From contig JALMLS010000320.1 in assembly GCA_038496445.1 (NCBI GenBank), positions 345,290-409,289 on the forward strand: DNA of 64,000 bases. The letters are read 5' to 3'. Both the position numbers and the translations under genes were made by a program. Each line of letters starts with the position of its first letter. Position 1 is the first letter of the stretch. This stretch comes from Trichosphaerium sp. ATCC 40318. Taxonomy: Eukaryota; Protista; Tubulinea. Below the pieces are notes generated by a model. That model saw nothing but the letters and a program-made list of their open reading frames with translations. It made no database searches and was not told the origin of the DNA. Shown one piece after another: positions 40,466 through 53,390 of this stretch.

Positions 40466-42931
40466 TTATTCTTTGTTAGGTTCTCTCTTATGTATGGTAA
40501 GGAAGATATTTGATGGCATTGTTACAAACTGGAAAACCTTAAAAAAAAAATCATGTTCTAGTCGGTTTGGTTTATTTGAGTTTGCTCGTACCTTACACAC
40601 TTTCTTATCAATGTGAGATGGTCCAAATGACACCTAAATATTATGTCAATAGATACACGAAATGTTTTAAAAATGGACCGTATAGCGAGAGCAAAATAAA
40701 GCCAAAAAGACATTTATTTCCAACGAAGCCAAAGCTCTTCCAGGACAAACACGTGGTCCTCCACCAAAAGGTATCCACGCTTCTCTTCCATTCGCTTTGC
40801 CTTGATAGAACACTTAGGAGCAATACCAACATAAAAAAGCAACAGTTAAACAACACAAACGTTGTCAGTACAGCGATGAGTTCAAGTCACATTTAAAGAA
40901 AAAAAAAAGAAAATTAAGTACTTGGTCTATCCCATCTATATGGATCAAAAACATGTGGCTCATCATAGTACTTCGATGACATATGCATTGATTCTATGCC
41001 CACATGAACAATAGACTTCTTTTTTATGTGTATCTCTAAGTGGTATTACAACAAAAAACACCTTAAGGAAGAAAACAAAACGCACTTCCATGGTTCTTAG
41101 TTTCAAAAGAAAAGTCTTTAAACGCTTCTAAAACGACAACAGATGCTGGAGCTGCAATCCTTAATGTCTAAACACATGAAAATATTAGCCTCGGACATGA
41201 CGTTGGACACAAGGAGCAAATAAAATGATGTCAACCTCTTTGGCAAATTTTGAAGTAAAAGGAAGAGCTATTGCTTTCTTAAATTCGAGTCCATCTATAT
41301 CGCCACCAAAGGACTCAACAGCTTCTTTTCTTATGGCATCTTGATGTTCCGGATGCTTTGCAAGATAATACAAACACCATGCCTTTGTTATAGACGAAGT
41401 ATCAGTTCCTGCTGCGTAAAGTGTAAAAATTCCTCCCTAGAAATTTGATTTTAGATCTTGTTGGATTTTACAAAAAGCTGTTGTTACCAATAACTGTTTA
41501 TCTGTTAGTTTTGATTCACCGTCTGCAGCTTGGATCATAGACTAGTAGGTGGCCATTTTAGTGGTTTTGATTGATTGCGATTTGATGATGGTACCTGGAC
41601 AAGGGTAGGATCTTTGTTGCTTGATGTCTTAATATCGTTAATCGCTATGTCAAAGTTAAAGTGTTTTTTTGTAATAAAGCATTGTACTCTTTTTTATTCT
41701 AGGTAGCACAAAATTCTTAACATCCTTAAAGTATTGTTTTTCAAAATCAGGAGCCCAGAATTTATAGTATGGAAATCGAAAAACAATACGTTTTGCAACA
41801 ACCTATAAAAACAAAAAAGTTGATGAGATTTGAAAAGGAGTTTGGGAAAAGAAAGAAACGTTTCTTGAACACCAGGCGGTAAATTATACTCAGTGATAAC
41901 TTCATTAATTATCAGAGTAGTTACTCACATATTACAGAAAAGGGAAGGTGATCACATGAAATGTAATAACAACTGGTATAGTAAAGCCAAAAAAAAAAAA
42001 AGAAGAAAAAAGGTATTTGTTGATTGCATTCTATCACGTGGAGTTACTACGATGTTTACATACCTTAAAACCTGTATCTAGAATACTACAGAATTTATTC
42101 CCATCTGGATCACCACCTAAAACATTTGTACGCATTCCAAAACTAAGCAAACTGATGATATCAAAAGTAATCTTATTTGTTTCCGTCCTCGGTGCAAACT
42201 CTTTCTTTTTCTCAGCAAGTTCATCAAACCTATAGACACATAAGATAAGAACAATATTATGAGGTACCTAGTCAAAAAGTTTTGCATGATTTCCTTAATC
42301 AAGTGAAATTGTTTCAAAAGGTAGTTGTTACTAAAACCGGGCGCCATCAGCCTTCGTTGAACCTTCCAAGACTCTCCGTTAGCCCAAAACACACCATGAA
42401 CACCAACGAATCCCTGTAGAGTTAGTCAGCCTAAATTGAAAGAAGTAAAACGTACAGAATCAAGTAGTGGGTTTCTTTGTCTAGAAGGTCTTCCAAATGA
42501 TGCAGGACGCGCATTTAAGATAACACGTGCGTCATCTAGTCATATTAGCAACACTAAGGTGACAATAGAGAGGATTTGACATACCAGGGTCACAGAACTG
42601 AGTTATTTCAACGCCCATCACTTTATAAGCGAAACAATCGCCATACTCTTGTTGATACTACATTTATAAGCTAAATGAACCAATTTGTAGAGAACTGTCA
42701 CAAATATAGAAGCAAACGTAACAATTAAATGGGTTTTTTATCATAAAAAGGCCAAAAGCACCGTACCTGTACAAATTTATTCGCAATGTTGTTCAAATCA
42801 ATTACAAAGTCTAGTAATACGCCTATGAAAGGCAATCCAATAGGTCCAGGGAGATTAAAGCTACGGCTTGTTTTGTAGCCGTAAAAAGCAATGATGCTTA
42901 GTAATAAAAACAACAATACAAACCACAACAT
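40466..42931 (-). CDS. Cytochrome P450
   Basis: N-terminal anchor + PGP hinge, WKVQRR, AGTDT (I-helix), KE|TLR, PFGGGPRVCPG heme motif. Confidence 0.93.
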
Positions 42932-43726
42932 TATGGCTTGTTGTACATAACAAAAAAGCCTTCAAATAACGCTTACACATTTAGCAATTTTAGGTGAATC
43001 TACTCAGATACGTTACGTCTGCACTCACGTGTTGACAGTTCTTTATCACGTGTATTCTCGGAATGGTAATAAACCATTTAATACGCTTTACATGTAACTC
43101 AACAACTTCTAATAATTCTAATGAACAAATTTTGTGGACTATATTGTTGAAGACTTTCCATATCTTGGCACGTGACCACAGGCAATCTCTAAAGCTAAAT
43201 CTATACACGTTGAAAGATCCTTGTAATTCTAACCAATAGTTCCGAAGCAATAGGAATGATAAGGGAGTGACTGAGTTCGATGTTGAAAGAGGCACTGTTA
43301 ACTTGACAACAAAGAAAAAAACTTTCCAACTTGTTTAGTGTCGCAAAGCACGCGTAGAATAGCAATATGGTTGTTGCACCATTATGAAAAATTTTATAGC
43401 AAACTGTCGCTATTCAAAGCGTGAAAGAAAACGCGTAGTTGGCATACCAAAAGCGAAAAAAAAAAAGAAACGGAAAAAAAAAAATTGTTTTGTTTTTTCC
43501 TGCGTGCCGTACGCCATTATTATAAATCACGTAGCCTTTTTTAAGCTTTTTGCAATAGCCTTGTTTTTATTTACATGTGAACAATGCCACAGGTGCTTCT
43601 GAGTAGATTTTGATAATGTGACACATTGCAATAAAACGTACGAGTTTGCTTTAAAAACCGCGTATATTATACGCAATAAGTTCATTGGGCGAGCATCTGT
43701 CAAAACAAAAAAAAAGCTGGTTTTGT

Positions 43727-44196
43727 CTAATTTTTTCCTCCAGTGCTCATCATTAATGTAATGTTGTCTCCTTTGAGTAGTGTTCTGCCTAAAGTCTTCC
43801 TTGTTTTCTTTTTCAAAGAGATTTCAACAGCATCGTCTAAAACGAGGTTCATGTACTCGTCGAAGCCCTACACGCTATGAGGCGCTAAAATATAATATTT
43901 GGGAGTACTCACGATGATAATGCCCTCGATCCTTAGGTCTGTTTGCTCGTACATCCAAATCTGAACTGTGGCTTTCTAAAACACAATTAAACGCGTTCGG
44001 GGGTTATATACTATGGGCGTACGCTCTGCAAAAAGCGAAAGATCAGATTCTAAGCGAAAGTTAGTATTAGCGTGTATTAACAACGTAGGAATTTGCTAAG
44101 AGCGTTTATGTAAAAGAAAATTGCTTTAGATAATTTTTCACGTACGATCGGCTGAGTCATAATCTTCTTCACTTTAGGGCGCCTGTATCCTGACAT
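43727..44196 (-). CDS. SNRPE: Small nuclear ribonucleoprotein E (SmE)
   Basis: 4 exons: [10 protein letters not shown]|NLIFRFLQS|[21 protein letters not shown]|[13 protein letters not shown]...LKGDNITLM. Confidence 0.97.
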
Positions 44197-45304
44197 GGTG
44201 AGTGTCTATTCGTAGCGGCAAATCGAAACAATTGAGACAAATCTTAACAGTATTTAAGCGGGGAGATCTCAGAATGCGTATGCTAGCCTTGTGAACGTTG
44301 TATGTCTTAGACAGTGAGGAAGAATACCCAGTACATTACCTGAAAGCCAAATGAAAAGTTGAGTGCGCTTTTCGGTACTACACGTACTTTTGCAGCTTAT
44401 ATTACATGCGTTGTACGATGATTTGCGAAACAACAATAGTTTTGGCTTTGTGGGTCACTTCTATCGCTCAACCAACCAATTGTGTTTTTAAGGGCGCACT
44501 CTGAGCAAAAAAAGCAAAAATTTGATCGTTTACGCCTCACTGGCCTGAATAATTTGTCTTATATTTTTGAAGCATACGCATTGCGCTTCTTGGTTTGCGT
44601 GTGTGGCTGGGTGTTAGGTCAAATCTGCTTTGTAAACTTGAAAAGTGTGGAATTTATTCTACTGCATCCTACAGTGCCCATACTTTCGTCACATGCCGCT
44701 ATATGATGTAAATGCGTCGTTAGTAGTGAAAAGTTGGAGAAACAGGGAGATTCTGAGAAATCGGCTTTTACATTAAACCACTTTGTTTTGCAATTATACA
44801 AAGTCTACACCACGTAAAAGGGCAGACTATTTTTACATTTCAATGTTTTCACTTTCAAAATTGTTTTTGGTAGACTCAGCTGGCAGCTAGAGAGAATTAC
44901 ACAAATTTTTTTTTGGTTGTAAATTTTATCGAAATTTCTGATGGACTGGCTTACTAGAAGGCCTAATCTCTGGACATTATAGTAATAAGGCAAAAAGCCA
45001 CTGATTAGGATCTACGGCTGTTTAGCGTTTAATTACTGTTAACAGAATGGTAATTATTTTTCTTCAACACGTAAAGTACTGCCAATGTTTTAAATCAGAA
45101 AATTTGAGATTTGCATAGTCTAACCAGTAAAATTAGAGCATTGTGCGCTCCTAACTATTGTCATTTTGTGCATATTGCTTCAATGGGTGAGAATTGTTAC
45201 TTGGGGGGTGGCGCTATGAATCCACTTGTTGTTTGTTATAATAACCCAGTTCCACTCTCGCACGTGCATGTCACTTAACTTTCTTATTTTTCATTGTTCT
45301 CAAC

Positions 45305-48300
45305 ATGGAAGACTTCGTGCGTCTTTTCGCTGCCATGGAGGCTATCAATGCTGCTCAAAATAGCAGAAATGGGCGACTAAGCGATCATTTACAAGCCTTC
45401 AACACTTCTGTGATAAGTACGTTATTATTTAACCAACAATTAGTTAACATGTATTAAAACAGTACGTGGGGATACCGTACATTATCACAGCCCTTCTAGA
45501 GTACGTTTTAATAAAAAAAAATAAAGCAAAATTTACTAATAAGCGTTGATCGAATACCATAGGTGCCAACCGTTGTATTCGGTAGAAGACCTTGGTACGT
45601 TACCATCACACGACCATAGAACGTGTTTTACGTTGGGTCCTTGAGTTCCTGCATTGCCGGTTCCTATTACAACCTTATTTATGAAATAATAGGAGTGTTG
45701 GAGGTCTCAAAGAGATTGAGTATTTTGAGGTCACCTTCAAACTCACTCTGTCCGGTCTGAACGGTGCCATTTCTGTTGGCCTTGCTGGAGAGTCATTCCC
45801 TAAAAATGGTCAACATCCAGGATGGAAACCTGGTTCTGTAGCTATTCACAGTGACGATGGAAACTTGTAAGGAGTTTTCGGCATTTTTTCTTTGTTAACA
45901 GCACGATATGATTTAATTTATCTTCAATGTAGATTTCGGCAAGCTGGTATTGGTGTACCCTTCACCAAACCGTTCCACTACCATGGTACACGTGTTGGTA
46001 TTGCTATGGATACTACTTCAGGCCAAATTGTGGCTGTTTTGAATGGTGTTGTGGCGGGTTAGTTTTCGGTTAACTGGTCGCACCTTTATTGAAAGAGTTA
46101 GGTACTATGGGTACTATCTCAAGAGGAGAACAGTTTTTCCCTGTGATTGGGTTCTCCAATAGCGAAGCTGTTGTTTCCGTGAATATGACAGGACCAATAC
46201 AACCAAAGGAGGAAGAGTGCGCCAAACAAAATAAAATCGTTTTATTAATTAACAATTACAAGACCACAACTTCCCGACAATGCACTCCATGTCATGGCTG
46301 AAAGAGGTGACCTAGATGCTGTGGGTAAATTGCTTCTATTAGGGTAAGTGAATGATGTGGTTATTTGCCATGTTGACGAGTATTAGTACCGATGTGAATA
46401 GACTTGACGACGAAGGAAACACTGCTCTTTTTTACGCTATAAAGAATGGTCATGCTCAAACTGCCAAATGTCTACTCGAAAACGTACGCTTTTGAACCCA
46501 AAGACATCTTGATCAATGGAAAGAAATAATACTTCAAAAGGGTGCTAGAAAGAATATTACACGGAAAGGCTATAACATGTACTACATAGCAGCACAAAAT
46601 GGTAAACAAACTTTTCTTGTTTTTTTCTTTTTCTTCAGCTAAACTTACACTTTCCTGTTAGGTCATCATGCTGTTTTGATGATTCTTACACTCAAACATG
46701 TACCTGGTATAGATAGGGTATCACCAAGCGGATATACGGTTAGAAAAAATTGATGTGTTGATGCTAACACGAGCGTGATAGCCGCTTTGCATTGCAGCTC
46801 AAAAAGGACACATGCAATGCGTAAAAGTTCTTCTATCTACAGGCGCTGTTAATGTGATGTATAAGTTCCAAGGTCGTTGGACAGTAGCTGATATCGCAAG
46901 AGATAAGCATCACTTCAGTTTGGCAACCTTCTTGAGCTTGAAAATCAAAGGTAGTTGCCCTGTAACAATTCGAGCTGTTTTCGGTTAACAGCTTTTTTTT
47001 AAGAAAAACAGGCAAAAGAGCGCCCTAAGCCAGCACCAGCAAGAAAATACACACCTCCACAACAGACTTACAAGAAGAGTCAGCAATCGACATCAAATAC
47101 AAAAAAGTTTACTAGAAGTGAACTTCAAAGAATGTCAGTATCGAAACTAAAAAGTTTGGCTTCTGAGCGCAATATTTCATTGGCTGGTGCTTATGAAAAG
47201 TCAGATGTAATAAACAGAATCTTGGGTGGATCTAAAGCAATTCCAAATAATGCTTATCCACAAAAGAAGTCTGCCCCTAAGCCAAAACCGACAGGTGATA
47301 GTGTGGATGTTTGTATCGTAGTTGAGTTTTCAGGAAATAAGAAAAGAATGGATTTCAAAGCTACTACGATGTATGAAGTCAAGACAACTGTTGCAAGTAG
47401 ATTCCGTATTTCAGGAGATGTACGTCACTTTTAATATGTACATGAACTAAGCATATTATTCTAGACTTCAAAGTTCGAGTATTATGATGGTTTATTTGAA
47501 GAGTATGTTGATTTACCGGAGAAATTAGCAGAATTGAAAATGCCCGCCAAAATTAGAGTAACTGAGCTTCACGTGCGTGTTGTTTTTTCGTCCTGTGAAA
47601 TAACATCTAATACTGGGTACTTAGGATAAGGAACGTATGGCGTGGGATTTCTCGAGTGCACTTACGTCAAGTGATGGTTGGGTACAAAAAGGTAATTATT
47701 CTTATGTGTTGTAAAAAAAGTGTTTACATGATTCAAGGGTATGGTGATAACATTTACAATTCTTTGCTACTCAAGGACGGAAATAAAATAATATTCCCAA
47801 CGGAGCTTAAAAAACTAAAGAGCTTATTACGGAGGTTAGTACACTAAAGGGTTATAAAGCTTGAAAAGTAGTAATTACTAATTTTTAACACTTTTAATTT
47901 TTAACACTTTAAAGGTATCATAATGGAGATGGCTTGGATATTGTCAAAGCATATGCTATTGATAATCCTACATTAAACTCTGCATTCAAAGCTTATGCGA
48001 AGAGTAATTGGGGAAACAGGCGATCTTCACCAAATTTGTTTAACGTACACCTTTTTTTTCTCATTTTTTTCTCATTAGTATTGCGTTTTGTGGTGGCTAT
48101 TGCTACTGCGTTTAATGGGCGTAAAGAGAATTATGATATATATCTATCACTTAAACTTTAAAAGAGTTCTCAAAAACGTTTTTCATATGACTGAAGATGT
48201 CTTCTTTATCGATTAAGGGAATGTTAACAAAGTTGTAGTTAAGAACCTGGAAGAACGATCAGTATTCACATAGAGCGTGGACAATTAAGCCTCTGTTTAA

Positions 48301-49233
48301 AATGATTCAAGAATGCAATTGGAACGAAGGTACTGAAAGAGAACCTGTTGTACCTATGCTTCAAGGAACAAAGCTTGAGCAAGTATGGAAAATTTGCCAA
48401 AATGGTTACTCCACCACTGCAACACGTGATGCTGGATGGTTCGGTAAAGGTACACAGAAAAGTGATTGCCTTAATTGTTTTGAACTAAAATTTTGTTTCA
48501 AGGGATGTACTTTACGTCCTCTGCAGCGTATGCGTTGACTTATGCTGAGAAAGACGATAATGGTCACAAATGTATCACATTGAATTTGTGTATCCCTGGT
48601 AATGTATATCCTGTAATTGAAAGTCCTGTTGGAAAGGATTCTCTAAAGGGAAAGGCTTATGTAAACGGATACCAATCGCACTTTGTCCGTGTATCGTCTG
48701 GGATAAGTGGTGCGGTGAATTCTTTTTTTTTCTCAAAACTTTTTCGCTTTTTGTATCTAAAACTAAAAATAACTCTTGTTCAACTTTTCTAATGAGCTAG
48801 TAAAAGACAACAAGATTTTTTGATACTATTCAAATAACTTATTGTTGGCTTGTTTTTTATCGCTTTAATGTCATATACTGCAACTTCAATAAGTGGTATT
48901 AGCACCCTTTTTGGTTTCATGGTAGTCTTCACGACATCAACACTTTAGCATTGTTTTTGTAGACCGTTTTCTAATAAATTCATCAAGATATGGGATATCC
49001 TGCAAAGATTGATACAGAGGGATGTTATGACGAACTGGTAACGTTTCAGGTGTGTTTTTTGAGTAAAAAGCTTCAAAAATGGAAAAAAAAGAGGAATGCT
49101 TGTTTTAGAAATTTGAGTGTAACTTGCTGCTACCCTTTCAGTCATTTTTTTATTTATCTGGGCAGTCACTAACCTCGATTTTATTTAGAATTATCAAGTG
49201 CTCCCGAAATATGTTATTATAGTAAAAACATAA
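45305..49233 (+). CDS. SPRY + ankyrin repeats + SAP/HeH-like + PARP-catalytic-domain protein
   Basis: SPRY (YFEV..ISVGL..HPGW..SVAIHSDDG), ankyrins (TPLHV-like ..ALHVMAERG, GNTALFYA, PLCIAAQKGH), SVSKLKSLASERNISLAG, PARP signature LQGT..ICQNG..GWFGKGMYF..YA...YDELV..QVLPKYVI. Confidence 0.85.
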
Positions 49234-49592
49234 AGAACCGTTGTGTAATGTGTGATGGTATTATTAAAGCTGTAGCACTGTATAGATTACTAATTTACCA
49301 TAAAAGATATCCTTCAAATAAAAATTTCGATATTTATAGTTTTGGCATTCACCAGCTGGATGGATTTATTACAATGTATTTTTGCCTTTGAATTGGGTAC
49401 AAGAGGTTTAAACAACTGCTGAATAGCTTCTTGACAGAGACTTACCACTGTTGTTCCACAAAAATGGTAAACTAACAGCCATAAGGTAAAAGTAATAAAA
49501 TGTAACAAAAACGGTGATTGCGTCTCGTGCCTCCTATCAGTTACGACAGCCATTAGTACACCATCGAACACCTACAAGATACGAAGTATAAA

Positions 49593-49670
49593 ATTGAGCT
49601 CAAGTCAATCGCCTTAACCACTTGGCTACTCTCCTGTTGATAGGAGAGGCGGGATTCGAACCCGCGAGAG
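49593..49670 (-). tRNA. Circularly permuted tRNA-like gene (3' half upstream of 5' half), anticodon TGA
   Basis: Minus strand: GCGGG-TTCGAAT-CCCGC-CTCTCCT-A, spacer TCAAC, then AGGAGAG-TA-GCC-AAGTGGTTAA-GGC-G-ATTGA-CTTGAGC-TCAAT; all four stems pair perfectly. Confidence 0.7.
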
Positions 49671-50457
49671 TTTGTTTTTTGTTATTTGGTGTGACAGCAT
49701 ACTGGGGGTATGAGACACGGTGACTGAGATTATTGCACCGCACTGAAACAGAGAACCAACATGTTTAAGTACACGTAATAGTTGACAGAAAAAATGATTG
49801 TGGGATTTCATTCTGCTAAAATTAGCAAAACATCAAAGAACATGAAAATTACTTTTTTTTGCCACTGCTGGATTACTTTACCTATACGTAACGTGCATTT
49901 AATTGCGGGTTTAGTCAGTATCCATACTTTTAGTGAGTTCTCCAAAAGAGCCTAGCTATACAACAGAGTTTACCAGAACTAGAACTACCTAAAGTGACAA
50001 ACGCTGAAATACCAATTTATGTATATTTGATTCAAACACATAAGGAGTTGTCGAAATAAAAAGAATTAAATACTTCATCTCTACCTTCAACTTTTTTTCC
50101 ACATGTCCAAATAGATGAAACGTATTGTCCGTATCATTCAAGTTTGCATACCTTTGCAACTTTTTGCTGTTTGTGACTTTTGGTTTTCGTGTTTAGTCAG
50201 ATCTGACAGTTCTTGCAACTTCTGTAAGTTCTTACAAGATCTGACACTAGTGAAAGTGGTGGAACAAAAATGACAAAAAACGTTAAGTGTTGTAGTTGAA
50301 CTGCCATTAACCATCCACAAAACCAAATATTGCGTAGATATGGCCAGGTCACATATCTAGCTTTAAAAAAGAGTAAATTGACACATTTTTGTAGTTAAAA
50401 AACTGCGAAATTTCCCGATTTATGAGTGTAACTTAGTTTTCAAATAATTCTACGGAG

Positions 50458-51788
50458 ATGACAACCGCGGTAGTTAGCAATACCATAATAACACGTACTG
50501 TAACCACTCAGCACTCAAAAAGATGTAGAGCAAGCAGGAAACCGATGACATTTACTTTTCTAATTGACGTATCAGGCTCAATGGTGCGTATAAATCAACG
50601 CATAGTGACCTGCGAGTGCCTGTACCTTATGCTCACGTGTTTGTATAAAGTCCGGCTCAAGAATTAGAGCAACAACTCAAGCAGTACAAACAATGGCGAA
50701 AACAGTGCTAGAGAAGCAAGATCTTGTGGCTCTCAAAGTTTTTAATGATGACGACGCACGTACAATCTTTGGATTGAAACAACCTTCTAGCGTACGATGG
50801 AATGTAGCGAAATCTAAAATAAAGACAACTGGAGGTACGTTACACGTTTTTTGAAGCGTCGCGCTTGTGAAAAGTCTGTCAGAGACTTTTTATTAAAAGG
50901 CGTCTAAATGACTTCTCTTACCTCTAGGAACACGTCTATATGATGCTATTGATAAAACAATGTCAGTTATGCCTTATGGAGCGAAATACAAGAAATATCA
51001 CCGACAACTAGTTGTTTTGACTGACGGAGAAGACAACGGATCTAGAATGTCGTATGAAGATTTAAAAGCGCGTATCAAGGAGCCTGGTATTAAGAATTTT
51101 CACTTGATACTTATTGGTGTTAACGTCAGTCTGGAATACGAGACGAAACTCAGGTATTCATGGGTTTTTTGGAAAACGTGATATTTTGTGCTGACTTTCT
51201 TCTTTAGGACCCTTTGTAACAAGCCTCATTTCCGGTACCTTGATTGTGGTGCTAGTAGTGAAGATATCAAAAAATCTTTTGGTCGTGCGAAGAAAGTTGT
51301 TATGGAGTACATCACCACAACAACAACAGAAACTCGAGTATCAACTGTAACAACCATGAAAGGAAAAAATCAAAAAATGATATCGCCACCTCCTACGTCA
51401 ATACCTCTTGACAAGAACCTCATAACAAACTCTGTGCAATCAAACAGACAGCCACTGCGCAAGAAGAAGAATCCAACACGTAACAAGAAGGGAACCAGCT
51501 GCTTTGTAGGAGGTATAGAACACGAGGTACGGATGAGAGTGCTCATGAGTTCAACGGCTTACTTTTTTTTTTTTGAAAAAGTCAACAAAAAAGGAATTGG
51601 AAGATTTTTTCTCACCGTTTGATGCCAATTGTTGTGTGACCTCTGAAATAAGATATAACAAGAAACATCAAGCTTATTTTGCATTTATCAAGTTCTCAAC
51701 ATCAGTTGCAGCAGAGTTTGTGTCATCAACAGCTTTCATTGAAGAGAACAGGTTCAAAAAATCGAAGCTTACTATAAATATCGTTTAA
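50458..51788 (+). CDS. vWA domain + C-terminal RRM-like protein
   Basis: MIDAS DVSGS, GT.LYDAI, LVVLTDGEDN; C-terminal CFVGGI (RNP2-like) and YFAFIKF (RNP1-like). Confidence 0.8.
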
Positions 51789-51824
51789 CCTCTTCATTGG
51801 AAATGATTGAGAGTGTTATAAGCC

Positions 51825-52745
51825 TTAAATATCAAAGTTACAATGCACATGTAAGGGTTTTATTAATGTATTGAATACTTTAAAAGAAATATTCACCATA
51901 CAGTTCAAAGTCTTCCTCAACATTATTATTCTTAAGTATATTTTTAATTTCCTTGTGGCATTGTTCCAGGTCACCACTAAAAATACAAACTCCACGAAAA
52001 GCTGCACTTTTAAGCTTGTTTTTTCTAGATTCAATAATTAATCTCAACTGTTGTAATACCAAGCCACAACCAGGCAAAAACAATAACCCAAGTTTCTTCA
52101 ATCTCGGCAAAAAAAGTGGGTCAGCAAAACTCTTAAGTTCTGGTATGCTTAGTTTCATGTAAGTACATGAAAACACTTTTATACTTGATTTTGTGTTCCT
52201 TAATGCGTCAATAAGAGCTGGTGTGTACTCAGTCTTGAATCCTAGTTTACCTAACCTAATACGCAGTTAGCAACTAAACAGCCTTCTTAGTGATAGTACC
52301 CGAACCAAAAATGTATTGTAAGCTTTTCTAATGAAGTACACAACTTGACAGCATCCATCAGTTCAAACCAAGTGTTTTCACCAAAAAAAACACCTTGCAA
52401 ATCTAATGTAACCAGTTGGTTCATAGACATACGACAAGCAATTGCTCTGGAGATATTTTTCCATATAACAAGTCCGTCCATGTTACAACAATACACAGAG
52501 TTTATCTTCACTTTCACGTGGTACTTTAAAATAATTTGAATTATCTCCATTGGCAGTATTCCAAACAAACCATCTTGTTTATAATGAGATAGCAGTACTA
52601 GTCTTGTTGATGACCATCTTAAAGGTTGGTATTCCTCAAAACTCCTAAAATTCCATTCAAAGTGTTTAATGTCATCTGCATGAAACACACTTATGGCATC
52701 GACACGGACTGAAAGATCAAACCTGGGTATCAAATTAATAATCAA
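51825..52745 (-). CDS. F-box-like + RNI-type LRR protein
   Basis: GILPMEIIQIILKY motif followed by LxxLxL repeats; ends approximate. Confidence 0.55.
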
Positions 52746-52950
52746 CCAGAAAAAAAGCAGTAGAAAACCCTAGAATATATGCCATAGCAGCTGTGACGTT
52801 TTTCAGATGAGAATGATATTTTTTGAGTTTTACAATAAAATTTTGAGTTGTTAGCTTCATAGTTGTTTGTGCCCTTGAGGCATTCATTTTTTCAAGTTCT
52901 TAGCCCAAACGGAATTTTACTCATACATTCTAAATGAATTGAAAAATCAC

Positions 52951-53223
52951 TTACAGTTCTTCACAATGTGGTAGATCGTATGCGATTATTGCCTCTCCAA
53001 ATGTCGATCTGAATTCTTGTATAATTGGATGTCTTTCTGATGGTTTTGAGCAGCTCACAGTTAGGCAATGAACTCTACAGCTGTCCCAGATATAAATTGT
53101 ACTAATTGCGTCCAAATCATAGAACACGTATGTCTTTGTACGGTTTACTAGTACCAAACCGCTTAGAAAAGTCTTAGCATCCTGAATAGATACCAAGGTG
53201 GCCTTAGACAACGTCATACTCAT
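52951..53223 (-). CDS. Hypothetical protein
   Basis: 90-aa ATG-initiated ORF, no recognised motif. Confidence 0.35.
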   Translation of the reverse strand: MSMTLSKATLVSIQDAKTFLSGLVLVNRTKTYVFYDLDAISTIYIWDSCRVHCLTVSCSKPSERHPIIQEFRSTFGEAIIAYDLPHCEEL

Positions 53224-53390
53224 TGTGAAATGAACAAGTCTTCAACGGTCTTGTTTGCTTTTATGTGATACTGTTTGGAGCTATAACTTGAATCCAGATG
53301 TGGTAATACCTTAAAATAGCGGAGTTTAACAATAACACATCAAGTAGGAGAACAGAATGCTAGTGGAAAAAAAACAGCTTTACTTTTATT

